DNA of 64,000 bases from the NCBI RefSeq assembly GCF_913776045.1, contig NZ_CAJYOI010000006.1; one strand, given 5' to 3'. Below the pieces are notes generated by a model that worked only from the letters and a program-made list of their open reading frames with translations, made no database searches and was not told the DNA's origin. Origin of the DNA: an uncultured Sphingomonas sp. (lineage in GTDB: Bacteria; Pseudomonadota; Alphaproteobacteria; Sphingomonadales; Sphingomonadaceae). Below, piece after piece: positions 26,305-40,256 of this stretch (positions within the stretch are counted from its first letter, which is position 1; each line of letters begins with the position of its first letter). The position numbers and the translations under genes are program-made.

Positions 26305-28418
26305 TGGCGTCGCCCGTTCTCGCCAAGGCTTTGCCCGGACTGAAGGGCGCGGCGCTGCCGGCGGCGATGCTGCTGCTGGTGGTGCTGATGGTCGTGCCGA
26401 TCCCGGCCTTCATGCTCGACGTGTTCTTCATCATGAACATCGTCATCAGCTTGGCCGTGCTGATGGTCGCGCTGAACGCGCAGAAGCCGCTTGATTTCTC
26501 CGCCTTCCCGACCGTCCTGCTGTTCGCCACGCTGTTCCGGCTGGCGCTCAACGTCGCGTCGACCCGCGTCGTGCTGGGCAAGGGCCACGAGGGCGAGGCG
26601 GCGGCGGGTCATGTCATTGAGGCGTTCGGCACTTTCCTGATCGGCGGCGATTACGTCGTCGGCCTGTTCGTTTTCAGCATCCTCGTCATCATCAACATGA
26701 TCGTGGTGACCAAGGGCGCAGGCCGCGTGTCCGAAGTGTCGGCGCGCTTCACCCTGGATGCGTTGCCCGGCAAGCAGATGGCGATCGACGCCGATCTGAA
26801 CGCTGGCCTCATCACGCCCGACGATGCCCGCGCCCGTCGCGTCGAAGTGTCGACCGAAGCCGATTTCTACGGGTCGATGGACGGTTCGTCGAAGTTCGTG
26901 AAGGGCGACGCCGTTGCCGGTCTGCTGATCCTGGCGATCAACATCGTCGGCGGGCTGATCCTCGGCACGGTCAGCCACGGGCTGGGAGTCAAGGAAGCCG
27001 CGCAGACCTATATCGTGCTCGCGATCGGCGACGCGCTGGTCGCGCAGCTGCCGGGTCTGATGCTGTCGATCGCGGCTGCCGCCATCGTCACCCGCGTCAC
27101 ATCCAGCCAGGACCTAGCCGGCCAGATCGGCGGCCAGTTCGCCAGCCACCGCACCTGGACGCCGGTCGCCGCGGCGCTCGGCGTGCTCGGCCTGGTGCCT
27201 GGCATGCCGCATCTTCTGATCCTACCGATGGCGGCGGCCGCGGGCTTCGCCGCGTACAAGCTGAAGAAGGCCTCGCAGCGCCCGGTCATCGTCGAACCCA
27301 CGGCACCGGCCGAGCCGCAGGACCTGTCGAAGATCGGCTGGGACGAAGTGACCGACAGCTGCCACGTCATGCTCGACATAGGCTACGGCCTGGTGCCGCT
27401 GGTCGACGAGCGCAAGGGCTCGCCGCTGATGGGCCGCATTACCGGCGTGCGCCGCCAGCTGTCGAAGGATCTGGGCTTCGTCGTGCCGCAGGTACGTGTG
27501 CGCGACGACATCAACCTCGCACCCTATACCTATCGCATCATCATCGGCGGCGTCATCGTCGGCGAGGATCAGGTGTCGCCCGACGAGATGCTGGCGCTCG
27601 ACACCGGGCAGGCGGTCGGCTCGCTGCCGGGTAAGCCCGCCAAGGACCCGACCTTCGGCCTCGACGCCATCTGGATCAACGCGGCCGATTCGGACGCGGC
27701 GACGGGTGCGGGCTATCTGGTGGTCGATGCCGGTACCGTCGTCGCGACGCACCTCAACCAGCAATTGCTCAGCCATTCGGCCGACCTGCTGGGTCCGGAC
27801 GAGGTCCAGTCGCTGCTCGATGGGCTGAAGGAACGCTCGGCGGCCCTCGTCGCCTCGCTTTGCCCGCAGCCGCTGCCGCTCACCACGCTCACGCAGGTCC
27901 TGCGCACGCTGCTGGCGGAGGGCATCCCGCTGAAGGAATTCCGCCGCATCGCCGCCGCACTCGCGAACGCCGCGACCAAGTCTGCGGATGCCGAGGAACT
28001 GGTCGAGCTCATCCGCCCGGACCTCGGCGCGCTGATCATCCAGAAGCTGTGCACCGTGCGCGAGCCGCTGCGGGTGATGACGCTGGAGGGGCAGCTCGAA
28101 GCCTTGCTCGGCCAGGCGATCCGCTCCGATCCCGCGCGCCGCCACGCGATCGAACCCGATCTCGGCCGTCGCATTGCCGACGCCATGCAGCGCGCGGCGG
28201 GGCCGTTCATTGCCGAGGCCAAGCCCTTCGCGCTCGTCGTCCAGCCCGCCATCCGCATCGCGATGCGTAAGCTGGTGAAAACCATTTTGCCGGATACTCC
28301 CGTCATGAGCTTCTTCGAAGTGCCCGAGGACAAGTCGGTCGAAGTCATCGCCGTCATCGGCGCGTCGGATCAGCCGCCGGCGCTCGGCGCCGGCCAGCCA
28401 CAGGCGATTGCCGCATGA
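26304..28418 (+). CDS. flhA: Flagellar export gate protein
   Basis: RVSEVSARFTLDALPGKQMAIDADL, DFYGSMDGSSKFVKGDA. Confidence 0.97.
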   Translation: MASPVLAKALPGLKGAALPAAMLLLVVLMVVPIPAFMLDVFFIMNIVISLAVLMVALNAQKPLDFSAFPTVLLFATLFRLALNVASTRVVLGKGHEGEAAAGHVIEAFGTFLIGGDYVVGLFVFSILVIINMIVVTKGAGRVSEVSARFTLDALPGKQMAIDADLNAGLITPDDARARRVEVSTEADFYGSMDGSSKFVKGDAVAGLLILAINIVGGLILGTVSHGLGVKEAAQTYIVLAIGDALVAQLPGLMLSIAAAAIVTRVTSSQDLAGQIGGQFASHRTWTPVAAALGVLGLVPGMPHLLILPMAAAAGFAAYKLKKASQRPVIVEPTAPAEPQDLSKIGWDEVTDSCHVMLDIGYGLVPLVDERKGSPLMGRITGVRRQLSKDLGFVVPQVRVRDDINLAPYTYRIIIGGVIVGEDQVSPDEMLALDTGQAVGSLPGKPAKDPTFGLDAIWINAADSDAATGAGYLVVDAGTVVATHLNQQLLSHSADLLGPDEVQSLLDGLKERSAALVASLCPQPLPLTTLTQVLRTLLAEGIPLKEFRRIAAALANAATKSADAEELVELIRPDLGALIIQKLCTVREPLRVMTLEGQLEALLGQAIRSDPARRHAIEPDLGRRIADAMQRAAGPFIAEAKPFALVVQPAIRIAMRKLVKTILPDTPVMSFFEVPEDKSVEVIAVIGASDQPPALGAGQPQAIAA

Positions 28419-29164
28419 GCTTCATGAGCCCCATCCAGCCCGCCCCCGGCGCCCCGCTGACCTATGGCGCGCGATCGAAGCCGGGCCCGGACCTTAACGC
28501 GCTGGTCCGCCAGCACATGCCCCGCGTACGCCGCATCGCCTGGCACGTTCACGGCAGCATGTCGTCGTCGGTCGAGGTCGAGGATCTGGTCCAGATCGGG
28601 CTGATCGCTCTGGTCGAGGCGGTCGCCAGCTTCGAGGATCGCGGCGCGGTGACGTTCGAGCAATATCTCAACACGCGTGTCCGCGGGTCGATGATCGACG
28701 AACTGCGCCGCCAGGCGACGCTGACCCGCGGTGCCATGAAGCGGCGCAAACTCTATAACGAAACGGTCGCATCGCTGACCGCGGCCGATGGCCGGCGGCC
28801 CGAGGATACAGCGGTGGCGGAGAAGCTGGGCGTGACGATCGAGAAGCTGCGCACCGACTATGCGACCGCCGAGCCCGTGCGGTTCGAGAATGTCGACGAC
28901 GTGCAGGGCAACGAAGGACCGTGGTTCGTGTCCGACGAACCTTCCCCCTTCGACCTCCTCGCGGAAACCGACCAGCGCGACGTGCTGATCCAGGCGATCG
29001 CCGACCTGCCCGAGCGCGAGCAGATTGTGATCCAGCTCTATTACGTCGAGGAACTCAATCTCGAGGAAATCGGCCAAGTGCTGGACGTCGGCGCCGCGCG
29101 CGTTTGCCAGATCAAGAAGTCGGCGCACGACCGGTTGAAAAAGGCCCTGACGCGGCGGCTTTGA
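28415..29164 (+). CDS. fliA: Flagellar sigma factor sigma28
   Basis: EDLVQIGLIALVEA, RVRGSMIDELR, LYYVEELNLEEIGQVLDVGAARVCQI. Confidence 0.93.
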   Translation: MSFMSPIQPAPGAPLTYGARSKPGPDLNALVRQHMPRVRRIAWHVHGSMSSSVEVEDLVQIGLIALVEAVASFEDRGAVTFEQYLNTRVRGSMIDELRRQATLTRGAMKRRKLYNETVASLTAADGRRPEDTAVAEKLGVTIEKLRTDYATAEPVRFENVDDVQGNEGPWFVSDEPSPFDLLAETDQRDVLIQAIADLPEREQIVIQLYYVEELNLEEIGQVLDVGAARVCQIKKSAHDRLKKALTRRL

Positions 29165-29170
29165 TCCGCG

Positions 29171-29785
29171 TCAGGCCGTCGCCACCGCCCCGACCGGCGC
29201 GACATCCGCCGGTTCGCCGCGCGAATAGGTGCCGGTCAGCAGCCCCGCCGCCAGCACGCGTCCGCGCATCGCGTCGATGATGTCGCTGCGGCTGGGCGTT
29301 GCGCCCGGATCGGCGGCGTTCTTCAGCGCGAAGAGCTGGAAGGCGTAGCGATGCTCGCCGTGCCCGGTCGGCGGATCGGGCGGCAGCCAGCCCTCCCGCA
29401 GATAGGAATTGCGCCCGACATCGCCGCTGGCCGTGCCGTCTCCGTCCGCCACAATCGCGCCTTCGGCCAATTGCCCGTCCTCGGCCGGCAGATCCCAGAC
29501 GATCGCATGGACGAGCGGCGCGGGCGTCGGCGCGTCGGCATCCTCGACCAGCAACGCCAGATGCGTCGCTTCCGCGGGCACGCCGGTCCAGAACAGCGGC
29601 GGTGACACCCCATCGCCATCGGCGGTGAACCGTTCGGGGATGCGAGCGCCGTTGGCGAAGGCGGGCGAGCGCAGATCGATCGCGGTGAAGCTGCCGAGCC
29701 CGTCCTGGACGATCGCGAGCTTGTCGGTGCCGGCGCGCAAACCCTTCAGGGCATTGCCGAGCCAATGGGGAATATGTTCGAGCAT
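29171..29785 (-). CDS. YbhB/YbcL family (PEBP/Raf kinase inhibitor-like) protein
   Basis: SPPLFW, VEDADAP, PPDPPTGHGEHRYAFQLFAL. Confidence 0.9.
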   Translation of the reverse strand: MLEHIPHWLGNALKGLRAGTDKLAIVQDGLGSFTAIDLRSPAFANGARIPERFTADGDGVSPPLFWTGVPAEATHLALLVEDADAPTPAPLVHAIVWDLPAEDGQLAEGAIVADGDGTASGDVGRNSYLREGWLPPDPPTGHGEHRYAFQLFALKNAADPGATPSRSDIIDAMRGRVLAAGLLTGTYSRGEPADVAPVGAVATA

Positions 29786-29800
29786 GGTTACGTCCGCTGG

Positions 29801-30157
29801 TCAGTAGGGATGGAACCAGTAAACGCCATTAGCGACCTTCTGGTGCCGAAACACTGTGTCGGGAGACGGATTGGGAACACGCGGCACATGATACCCCCAG
29901 CCGCCGTCGAGAAAATTTGGCGCATAGATGTCGACGCCGTCGCGATCGACGCTGACGATATCCGGACGCAGCTGTGCGATCGTCAGCGGTAGCCGTCGAT
30001 CGGTATCGCCGGTGGTCCACCAAAAGTCCGGTCCTTGCATCAGCGCGCGGGATTCCACTCGAATCGCTGCCAGCGTCGTCGGATTACCGGTCGGGCCGTG
30101 GCAGCAGGTCGGTGCGAGCAACACGATCATCGCGATCACTGCCCGCCACGGCAACAT
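29801..30157 (-). CDS. Small hypothetical exported/lipoprotein-like protein
   Basis: 118 aa, hydrophobic N-terminus ending in CC, DGGWGY..GVYWFHPY; ATG overlaps GST stop. Confidence 0.55.
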   Translation of the reverse strand: MLPWRAVIAMIVLLAPTCCHGPTGNPTTLAAIRVESRALMQGPDFWWTTGDTDRRLPLTIAQLRPDIVSVDRDGVDIYAPNFLDGGWGYHVPRVPNPSPDTVFRHQKVANGVYWFHPY

Positions 30158-30831
30158 TACAGGTCCAGCTTCTCGTAATCCGCCGGCGGGCTGACGATTT
30201 CCATGCGTTCGGCGAGCAGCGGGCGGAAGCTGGGGCGGCTCTTCATGCCGACGTACCAGCGCTTGGCCTGTTCGTGGCTCTTCCAGTCGATACCGCCGAG
30301 ATAGTCCGCGACCGAGATCTGCGCGGCGGCGGCGAGATCGGCAAGGCTCATCGTCGCGCCGGCCAGCCAGGTGCGGTGGTCGAGCAGATAATCGATGTAG
30401 TCGAGGTGCCCGACCGCCGCGCGCATCGCTTCGCGGAGCAGTGCGGCGTCGGGCGCGGAGCGGTGAACGACGCGTTTCAACATGCGTTCGTTGAGCAGCG
30501 GCGCGGTGATGTCGCGGTAGAATTGCGTGTCGAACCACGCGACAAGCCGGCGGATTTCAGCGCGGTTGGCGGCAGTGCCGTTGATCATCGCCGACTTTTC
30601 GACCGTCTCCTCGAAATACTCGCAGATCGCCATCGAATCGATCAGCGGGGCGCCGGGGCGATCGGTGTCGATCATTACCGGCGTCTGTCCGGCCGGGTTC
30701 ATGTCGAGGAATTCGTCGCGGCGCTCCCACGGCGACTCGCGCACCGGGTCATAGCCCAGGCCCTTCTCGGCCAGCAGCAGCCGCACCTTGCGCGAGAAGG
30801 GACACAGGGGAAATTGATAGAGCTGCCACAT
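30157..30831 (-). CDS. Glutathione S-transferase family protein
   Basis: LCPFSRKVRL, MNPAGQTPV, DSMAICEY, SLADLAAAAQIS. Confidence 0.92.
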   Translation of the reverse strand: MWQLYQFPLCPFSRKVRLLLAEKGLGYDPVRESPWERRDEFLDMNPAGQTPVMIDTDRPGAPLIDSMAICEYFEETVEKSAMINGTAANRAEIRRLVAWFDTQFYRDITAPLLNERMLKRVVHRSAPDAALLREAMRAAVGHLDYIDYLLDHRTWLAGATMSLADLAAAAQISVADYLGGIDWKSHEQAKRWYVGMKSRPSFRPLLAERMEIVSPPADYEKLDL

Positions 30832-30877
30832 GCAGCCCTTATCTACCGCTGGCGTGGCAACCGTCTAGCGGTGGCGA

Positions 30878-31321
30878 TCAATATTCATCGTCGTAATCGG
30901 GCCCCGACAGCGCGCCGCTGGCAAGCAGACCCCCCAAGGGCGCGATGGCGGCTTGCAGGCGGCCGGCGGTGCGGGCGAGTTCGGCGGACATCGCCACCGC
31001 GTCGCCCGCGACCATCCCGGCGCCGGCGACCGCGCGGCGGGTGTCGTCGTGCAACCGCGCCTCGAAATGCGGGTCGCGGCGACGCTCGATGTCGCGCAGC
31101 GTGTCGTTCGGGCGGATGTCGCTCCGCGGATCGGTGTAACGCGCGAGCGGCCCGACGCGGGTATCGAGCACGATACCGGCGAGTGCGCTGACCGCAGCGG
31201 CGATGCCTTCCTGCGCCACAGGATCCTGCAGCGCACGCGCGGCATCGACCTCGGCGCGGGACTGGGCGGCGGCCGGTACGGCGACCACGGACAGGGCCAG
31301 GGCGGCGGACATGAGACGCAT
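30878..31321 (-). CDS. Hypothetical exported protein
   Basis: Signal peptide ending AAA-Q; VLDTRVGPLARY, helical. Confidence 0.65.
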   Translation of the reverse strand: MRLMSAALALSVVAVPAAAQSRAEVDAARALQDPVAQEGIAAAVSALAGIVLDTRVGPLARYTDPRSDIRPNDTLRDIERRRDPHFEARLHDDTRRAVAGAGMVAGDAVAMSAELARTAGRLQAAIAPLGGLLASGALSGPDYDDEY

Positions 31322-31408
31322 GATACTCTCCCGAGTCGGAACAGGAACTCTAGGCCATATCGTACAAAGGCTTAGCCTAGGCTGAACGAGGTTTTCCCTT
31401 CGCCAATT

Positions 31409-31441
31409 CCGTTCGCCCTTCGACAGGCTTAGGGCGAACGG
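31409..31441. repeat. Short palindrome, probably a collapsed REP-like element; may terminate gltB
   Basis: CCGTTCGCCCT-tcgacaggctt-AGGGCGAACGG, 9 nt after gltB stop. Confidence 0.6.
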
Positions 31442-31450
31442 GGGGAAGAG

Positions 31451-35964
<4,514 letters not shown>

Positions 35965-35968
<4 letters not shown>

Positions 35969-36615
35969 TTGGCCTTCCCGGTGGTCGTCTTGGCGCCGTC
36001 CTTTTTGGGCGGCGGGGGTAGATGGGCGGTCGCTTTTTCAGCGCGTGCCATCATTGCGGGCATCGCCTGCATCATCTTCGGCATCGCGCTCATCATTTCC
36101 TCCATGACTTCGGGGTCCATGAAGGTCGCGAGATAGTCAGCGGCGAAGACCTTGCCTGACGGCGTCGCGAAGAAGGCGTTGATGTCGTTCAGCTGATCGA
36201 GCGTGAAGCGACGAGCGAAGGCGCGGGACAGACCGACGCGCATCTCCGGTTCGATGCTCTCGAAGATCTTGCCCATATCCTCCGACATGACCGTCGTCAT
36301 GATGTGCATCCGCTCTTCGAAATGCGGGTCTTCGGTGGCGGCCATCTCACGCAGCGTCTTGCCGCCTGTGTCGCCCTCGGGCGCGCCCAGGTCCTTGGCG
36401 GTCATGCCCATGGTGCGCGCCATTATCGCGTCCATCATCTTCGGGAACTGGTCCCGCATCATCCGCATGTACGTGCCGGGCGGCACGAGGGCGAGGACGG
36501 CCGTTTCGGCTGCGGCCTTGCGCGCCGGATCTACTGTAGCGGTTTCGGCGGCGGGAGCCGGCGCGGCAGCAAGCGGGGTCGCCTGCACCAGCAGCAGGGC
36601 GAGCAGCGCGCTCAT
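35965..36615 (-). CDS. DUF2059-like exported protein
   Basis: Signal peptide, FARRFTLDQLNDINAFFATPSGK; overlaps both glt genes by 4 nt. Confidence 0.75.
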
Positions 36616-38069
36616 GCCGCCACCTTCTGCGCGGGCGTCTGCGCCGTGCGCGCCTTCGTCTTCAGATACGCGTGCATCCGCTCGCTCACGTCGCGGCCGT
36701 CGCGGATCGCCCAGACGACCAGGCTCGCCCCGCGGACGATGTCGCCGGCGGCGAAGACGCCGTCGAGGCTGGTCATCATCGACTTGGCATCGACGCGCAG
36801 CGTGCCCCAGCGGGTGACGCCCAGGTCGCTCGCGCCGAACAGCGTCGGCAGGTCTTCGGCATCGAAGCCCAGCGCCTTGATGACCAGATCCGCCTTGACC
36901 GAGAAACCGCCGTCGGGATCGACTTCGGGCGCGCGACGGCCGCTGGCATCGGCCGCGCCCAGCCGCATAGCGCTGGCCTTCACGCCGGTCACCACGTCGC
37001 CGCCTTCGAACGCCTCAGGCGCGGAGAGCCAGACGAACTCGACGCCTTCCTCTTCGGCGTTCTTCGTCTCGCGCTGCGATCCCGGCATATTCGCACGGTC
37101 GCGACGGTAGAGGCACTTCACGCTCGCCGCACCCTGGCGGACGGCGGTGCGGACGCAGTCCATCGCGGTGTCGCCGCCGCCGATGACGACGACATGCTTG
37201 CCCTCGGCATTCAGCGATCCGTCATCGAATGCGGGCACCGCATCGCCGAAGCCCTTACGGTTCGACGCGGTCAGATACTCCAGCGCCTCGACCACGCCCT
37301 TCGCGCCAACCCCCGGCGCCCTGATCGCGCGCGGCTTGTAGACGCCGGTCGCGATCAGGAGCGCGTCATGCTTCGCCCGCAATGCGTCGAGCGTCGCATG
37401 CTCTCCAACCGAGAAACCTTCATGGAACACGATGCCGCCCGCCTTCAGCCGGTCGACGCGGCGCATGACCACGTCCTTCTCCAGCTTGAAGCCGGGGATG
37501 CCGTAGGTCAGCAGGCCGCCCGCGCGGTCGTGGCGATCGTAGACATGGACCTCGTACCCGAAGCCGCGCAGATATTCGGCGGCGCTCAGCCCCGCCGGCC
37601 CCGCACCGATCACGCCGACCGACTGGCCGCGCGCCGGCCCAGCGACCAGCGGTTCGACCCAGCCCTCTTCCCAGGCGGTGTCGGTGATGAATTTCTCGAC
37701 CGACCCGATCGTCACCGATCCGTGGCCGGAGAATTCGATGACGCAATTGCCTTCGCACAACCGATCCTGCGGGCAGATGCGACCGCAGATCTCGGGCATG
37801 GTCGAGGTGCTGTTCGACAGCTCATACGCCTCGCGCAGGCGTCCCTCGGCGGTCAGCCGCAGCCAGTCGGGGATGTGATTGTGCAAGGGGCAATGGACCG
37901 AACAGTAAGGTACGCCGCATTGCGAGCAGCGCCCGGCCTGATCCTCGGCCGCGGGCGGGTTGTACCGCTCGGCGATCTCGCGAAAGTCTGCGGCGCGGTC
38001 CTGCGCATCGCGCTTGGCCGGATAGGCCTGCTCGCGGTCGACGAATTTCAGCAGCTGCTCGGTAGCCAT
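36612..38069 (-). CDS. gltD: Glutamate synthase small subunit
   Basis: RCSQCGVPYCSVHCP, CGRICPQDRLCEGNC, GAGPAGL, GGGDTAMDC. Confidence 0.97.
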   Translation of the reverse strand: MATEQLLKFVDREQAYPAKRDAQDRAADFREIAERYNPPAAEDQAGRCSQCGVPYCSVHCPLHNHIPDWLRLTAEGRLREAYELSNSTSTMPEICGRICPQDRLCEGNCVIEFSGHGSVTIGSVEKFITDTAWEEGWVEPLVAGPARGQSVGVIGAGPAGLSAAEYLRGFGYEVHVYDRHDRAGGLLTYGIPGFKLEKDVVMRRVDRLKAGGIVFHEGFSVGEHATLDALRAKHDALLIATGVYKPRAIRAPGVGAKGVVEALEYLTASNRKGFGDAVPAFDDGSLNAEGKHVVVIGGGDTAMDCVRTAVRQGAASVKCLYRRDRANMPGSQRETKNAEEEGVEFVWLSAPEAFEGGDVVTGVKASAMRLGAADASGRRAPEVDPDGGFSVKADLVIKALGFDAEDLPTLFGASDLGVTRWGTLRVDAKSMMTSLDGVFAAGDIVRGASLVVWAIRDGRDVSERMHAYLKTKARTAQTPAQKVAA

Positions 38070-38133
38070 GCTCGATCCTTTCGAAGGACGAGCTATGGGC
38101 AGATAGAGGGACTGTCACGCACTATCGCAGACC

Positions 38134-38154
38134 TAGGTCAGCAAGTCTGACCTA
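38134..38154. promoter_or_regulatory. Candidate operator upstream of gltD
   Basis: Perfect inverted repeat TAGGTCAG-caagt-CTGACCTA. Confidence 0.55.
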
Positions 38155-38225
38155 TTTCAGTATCGATTTTGCAGTCATTTCGCGGCAGCGCAATTTTATT
38201 TCAGTATAAAAGTCTCACATCGGAC

Positions 38226-39023
38226 CTATCGCGTTTTCAACCATATCAGTGCGGCACTACCCGCTATGATTCTGTACCAGGCGAACGGCCCGAAACCGTA
38301 TCGCGTCACCACCGCCATGAACGCCTTCACGACGATCAGCGCGACGACGAAGGACACCAGCGCGCCCACCGCGATCAACTGGACGTCACCGGCCGTCACC
38401 ATGTCGCGGTGCTTGTAGAGCTGAAGCACCGTCGCGCCCGACAATGTCGGCAGCGCCAGGAAAAAGCTGAAATCGGCCGCGGTTCGCCGATCGATCCCCA
38501 GCGACATCGCGCCCATGATCGTCGCGCCCGACCGGCTGACCCCCGGGATCATCGCGATGCACTGGACCAGGCCGATCTTGATCGACTGCGCGATCGACAC
38601 GCCCGAGATGCCCAGCACATTGTCGGTCTTCGCCAACCGCTCGACGATCAGGATCGCTACGCCGCCGACGATCAGCGCCCAGGCGACGACGACCGCGTTT
38701 TCCAGCAGCGCATCGATCTGGTCGCCGAAAGCCAGGCCCAGGATGACCGCGGGGAAGAAGGCGAGCAGTAGGTTGCGCACGAACGCAACCGAATTCGCCT
38801 CCCAACTTATCAACCCCTTCGCCACCGCCAGGAAGGTGCGCCAATACAGCACGACGATCGCCAGGATCGCGCCCGGCTGGATCGCGATGTTGAACACCGC
38901 CCAGCGTCGCGCATCGTACCCGAGCAATTCGGTCGCGAGAATCAGATGCCCGGTCGAGGACACGGGCAGGAATTCGGTGATCCCCTCGACGATGCCGAGG
39001 ATGATCGCGGTGATGAAATCCAT
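38226..39023 (-). CDS. uppP: Undecaprenyl-diphosphate phosphatase
   Basis: GIVEGITEFLPVSSTGHL, PGVSRSGATI. Confidence 0.96.
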   Translation of the reverse strand: MDFITAIILGIVEGITEFLPVSSTGHLILATELLGYDARRWAVFNIAIQPGAILAIVVLYWRTFLAVAKGLISWEANSVAFVRNLLLAFFPAVILGLAFGDQIDALLENAVVVAWALIVGGVAILIVERLAKTDNVLGISGVSIAQSIKIGLVQCIAMIPGVSRSGATIMGAMSLGIDRRTAADFSFFLALPTLSGATVLQLYKHRDMVTAGDVQLIAVGALVSFVVALIVVKAFMAVVTRYGFGPFAWYRIIAGSAALIWLKTR

Positions 39024-39027
39024 CGCC

Positions 39028-39957
39028 TCAGGCCGTGGCGCGCTTGGCGAAGCGGCCCTGGCGCCGGAACCGGACCAGCCACTCGGGCGCAACCGCGGCC
39101 ATCGGCGTCGGCGTGATGCCGGCGGCGGCCAGGCCGTTCTCGCCCGTGACGACGTTGTCGCGGGCGAGCATCGCCCACTGATCGCGATTTATAGGCGCGC
39201 CCGGCAGGAAGCCCAGGCTCGCGATCGCCGATCCGACCGCATCGGGCAGGTCGGGCATCGGCGGGTGGCGCAGCACCGCGGTCGCCAGCAGCTCGTGGAT
39301 CTGCCGCATCGTCAGCACGTCCGGCCCGCCCAGCTCCAGCGTGCGCCCGGCAAACGCCTTGGGATCGGCCAGCGCCGCGACGACGACGCGCGCGACGTCC
39401 TTCACATACACCGGCTGGAACTTGGCCGACCCGCGCAGCACCGGCACGATCGGCATCCGCGCGATCATCGCGGCAAAGCGGTTGGTGAATTCGTCCTCGC
39501 GCCCGAAGACGAGCGACGGGCGCAGAATGGTCGCGGTCGGGAACGCCGCGCGCACCGCCGCTTCGCCCTCACCCTTGCTGCGGCCATATTCGGACGGCGA
39601 TTCGGGATCCGCGCCGATCGCCGAGACATGGACCATCGTGCCGACCCCGGCGGCCGTCGCAGCCTCCGCGATCGCCCGGGCGCCTGCGACGTGCAACGCG
39701 GTCATGTCGGCAAAGGCGCCGACCAGGTTCACCACCGCATCGGCGCCCGCCACCGCGCGCGCGACCGACTCGGGCTTGCGCACGTCGGCGGCAACGAACT
39801 GCGTCTGGCCCAGACCACCCAGCGGCTTCAGGAAAAACGCCGCCTTCGGCTCGCGCTGCGCGATCCGCACCCGCGCACCCGCCGCCAGCAAGCCTTGCGC
39901 GACATAGCGCCCGACGAACCCGCCGCCGCCGAACAGCACGACCAAATTGTCCTTCAT
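39028..39957 (-). CDS. Complex I NDUFA9-like NAD-dependent epimerase/dehydratase
   Basis: FGGGGFVG, YGRSKGEGE, LRPSLVFG, FQPVYVKDVA. Confidence 0.9.
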   Translation of the reverse strand: MKDNLVVLFGGGGFVGRYVAQGLLAAGARVRIAQREPKAAFFLKPLGGLGQTQFVAADVRKPESVARAVAGADAVVNLVGAFADMTALHVAGARAIAEAATAAGVGTMVHVSAIGADPESPSEYGRSKGEGEAAVRAAFPTATILRPSLVFGREDEFTNRFAAMIARMPIVPVLRGSAKFQPVYVKDVARVVVAALADPKAFAGRTLELGGPDVLTMRQIHELLATAVLRHPPMPDLPDAVGSAIASLGFLPGAPINRDQWAMLARDNVVTGENGLAAAGITPTPMAAVAPEWLVRFRRQGRFAKRATA

Positions 39958-40061
39958 GCCCGATAATCCTTCGCGCCAATCCGTTTCCGCTCCCATGCCG
40001 CGTGCCCAGGCGCGCTGCAACCCGATGAACCGCAAATCGCGTCATCGTCTGCAAACGGGTG

Positions 40062-40090
40062 TTGACAGCTCCACGATCCCTCCCCTAGAG
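40062..40090 (+). promoter_or_regulatory. sigma70 promoter of tRNA-Leu(CAG)
   Basis: Perfect -35 TTGACA, about 17 nt to CTAGAG. Confidence 0.55.
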
Positions 40091-40107
40091 GCGCCGGCCT
40101 ACCCCGT

Positions 40108-40194
40108 GCCCAGATGGCGGAATTGGTAGACGCACCAGCTTCAGGTGCTGGCGCTCGCAAGGGCGTGGAGGTTCGAGTCCTCTTCTGGGCACCA
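40108..40194 (+). tRNA. tRNA-Leu (anticodon CAG)
   Basis: 87-nt cloverleaf, CCAGC-TTCAGGT-GCTGG anticodon arm, long variable arm, GTTCGA, CCA. Confidence 0.97.
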
Positions 40195-40216
40195 TCGCTT
40201 CCTACAGCGTCGAAAA

Positions 40217-40252
40217 CTCTCGGGGATCGTCGGAAAGACGGTCCCCGGAGAG
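40217..40252 (+). terminator. Strong hairpin downstream of tRNA-Leu
   Basis: CTCTCGGGGATCGTC-GGAAA-GACGGTCCCCGGAGAG; no U-tract. Confidence 0.45.
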
Positions 40253-40256
40253 TGGT

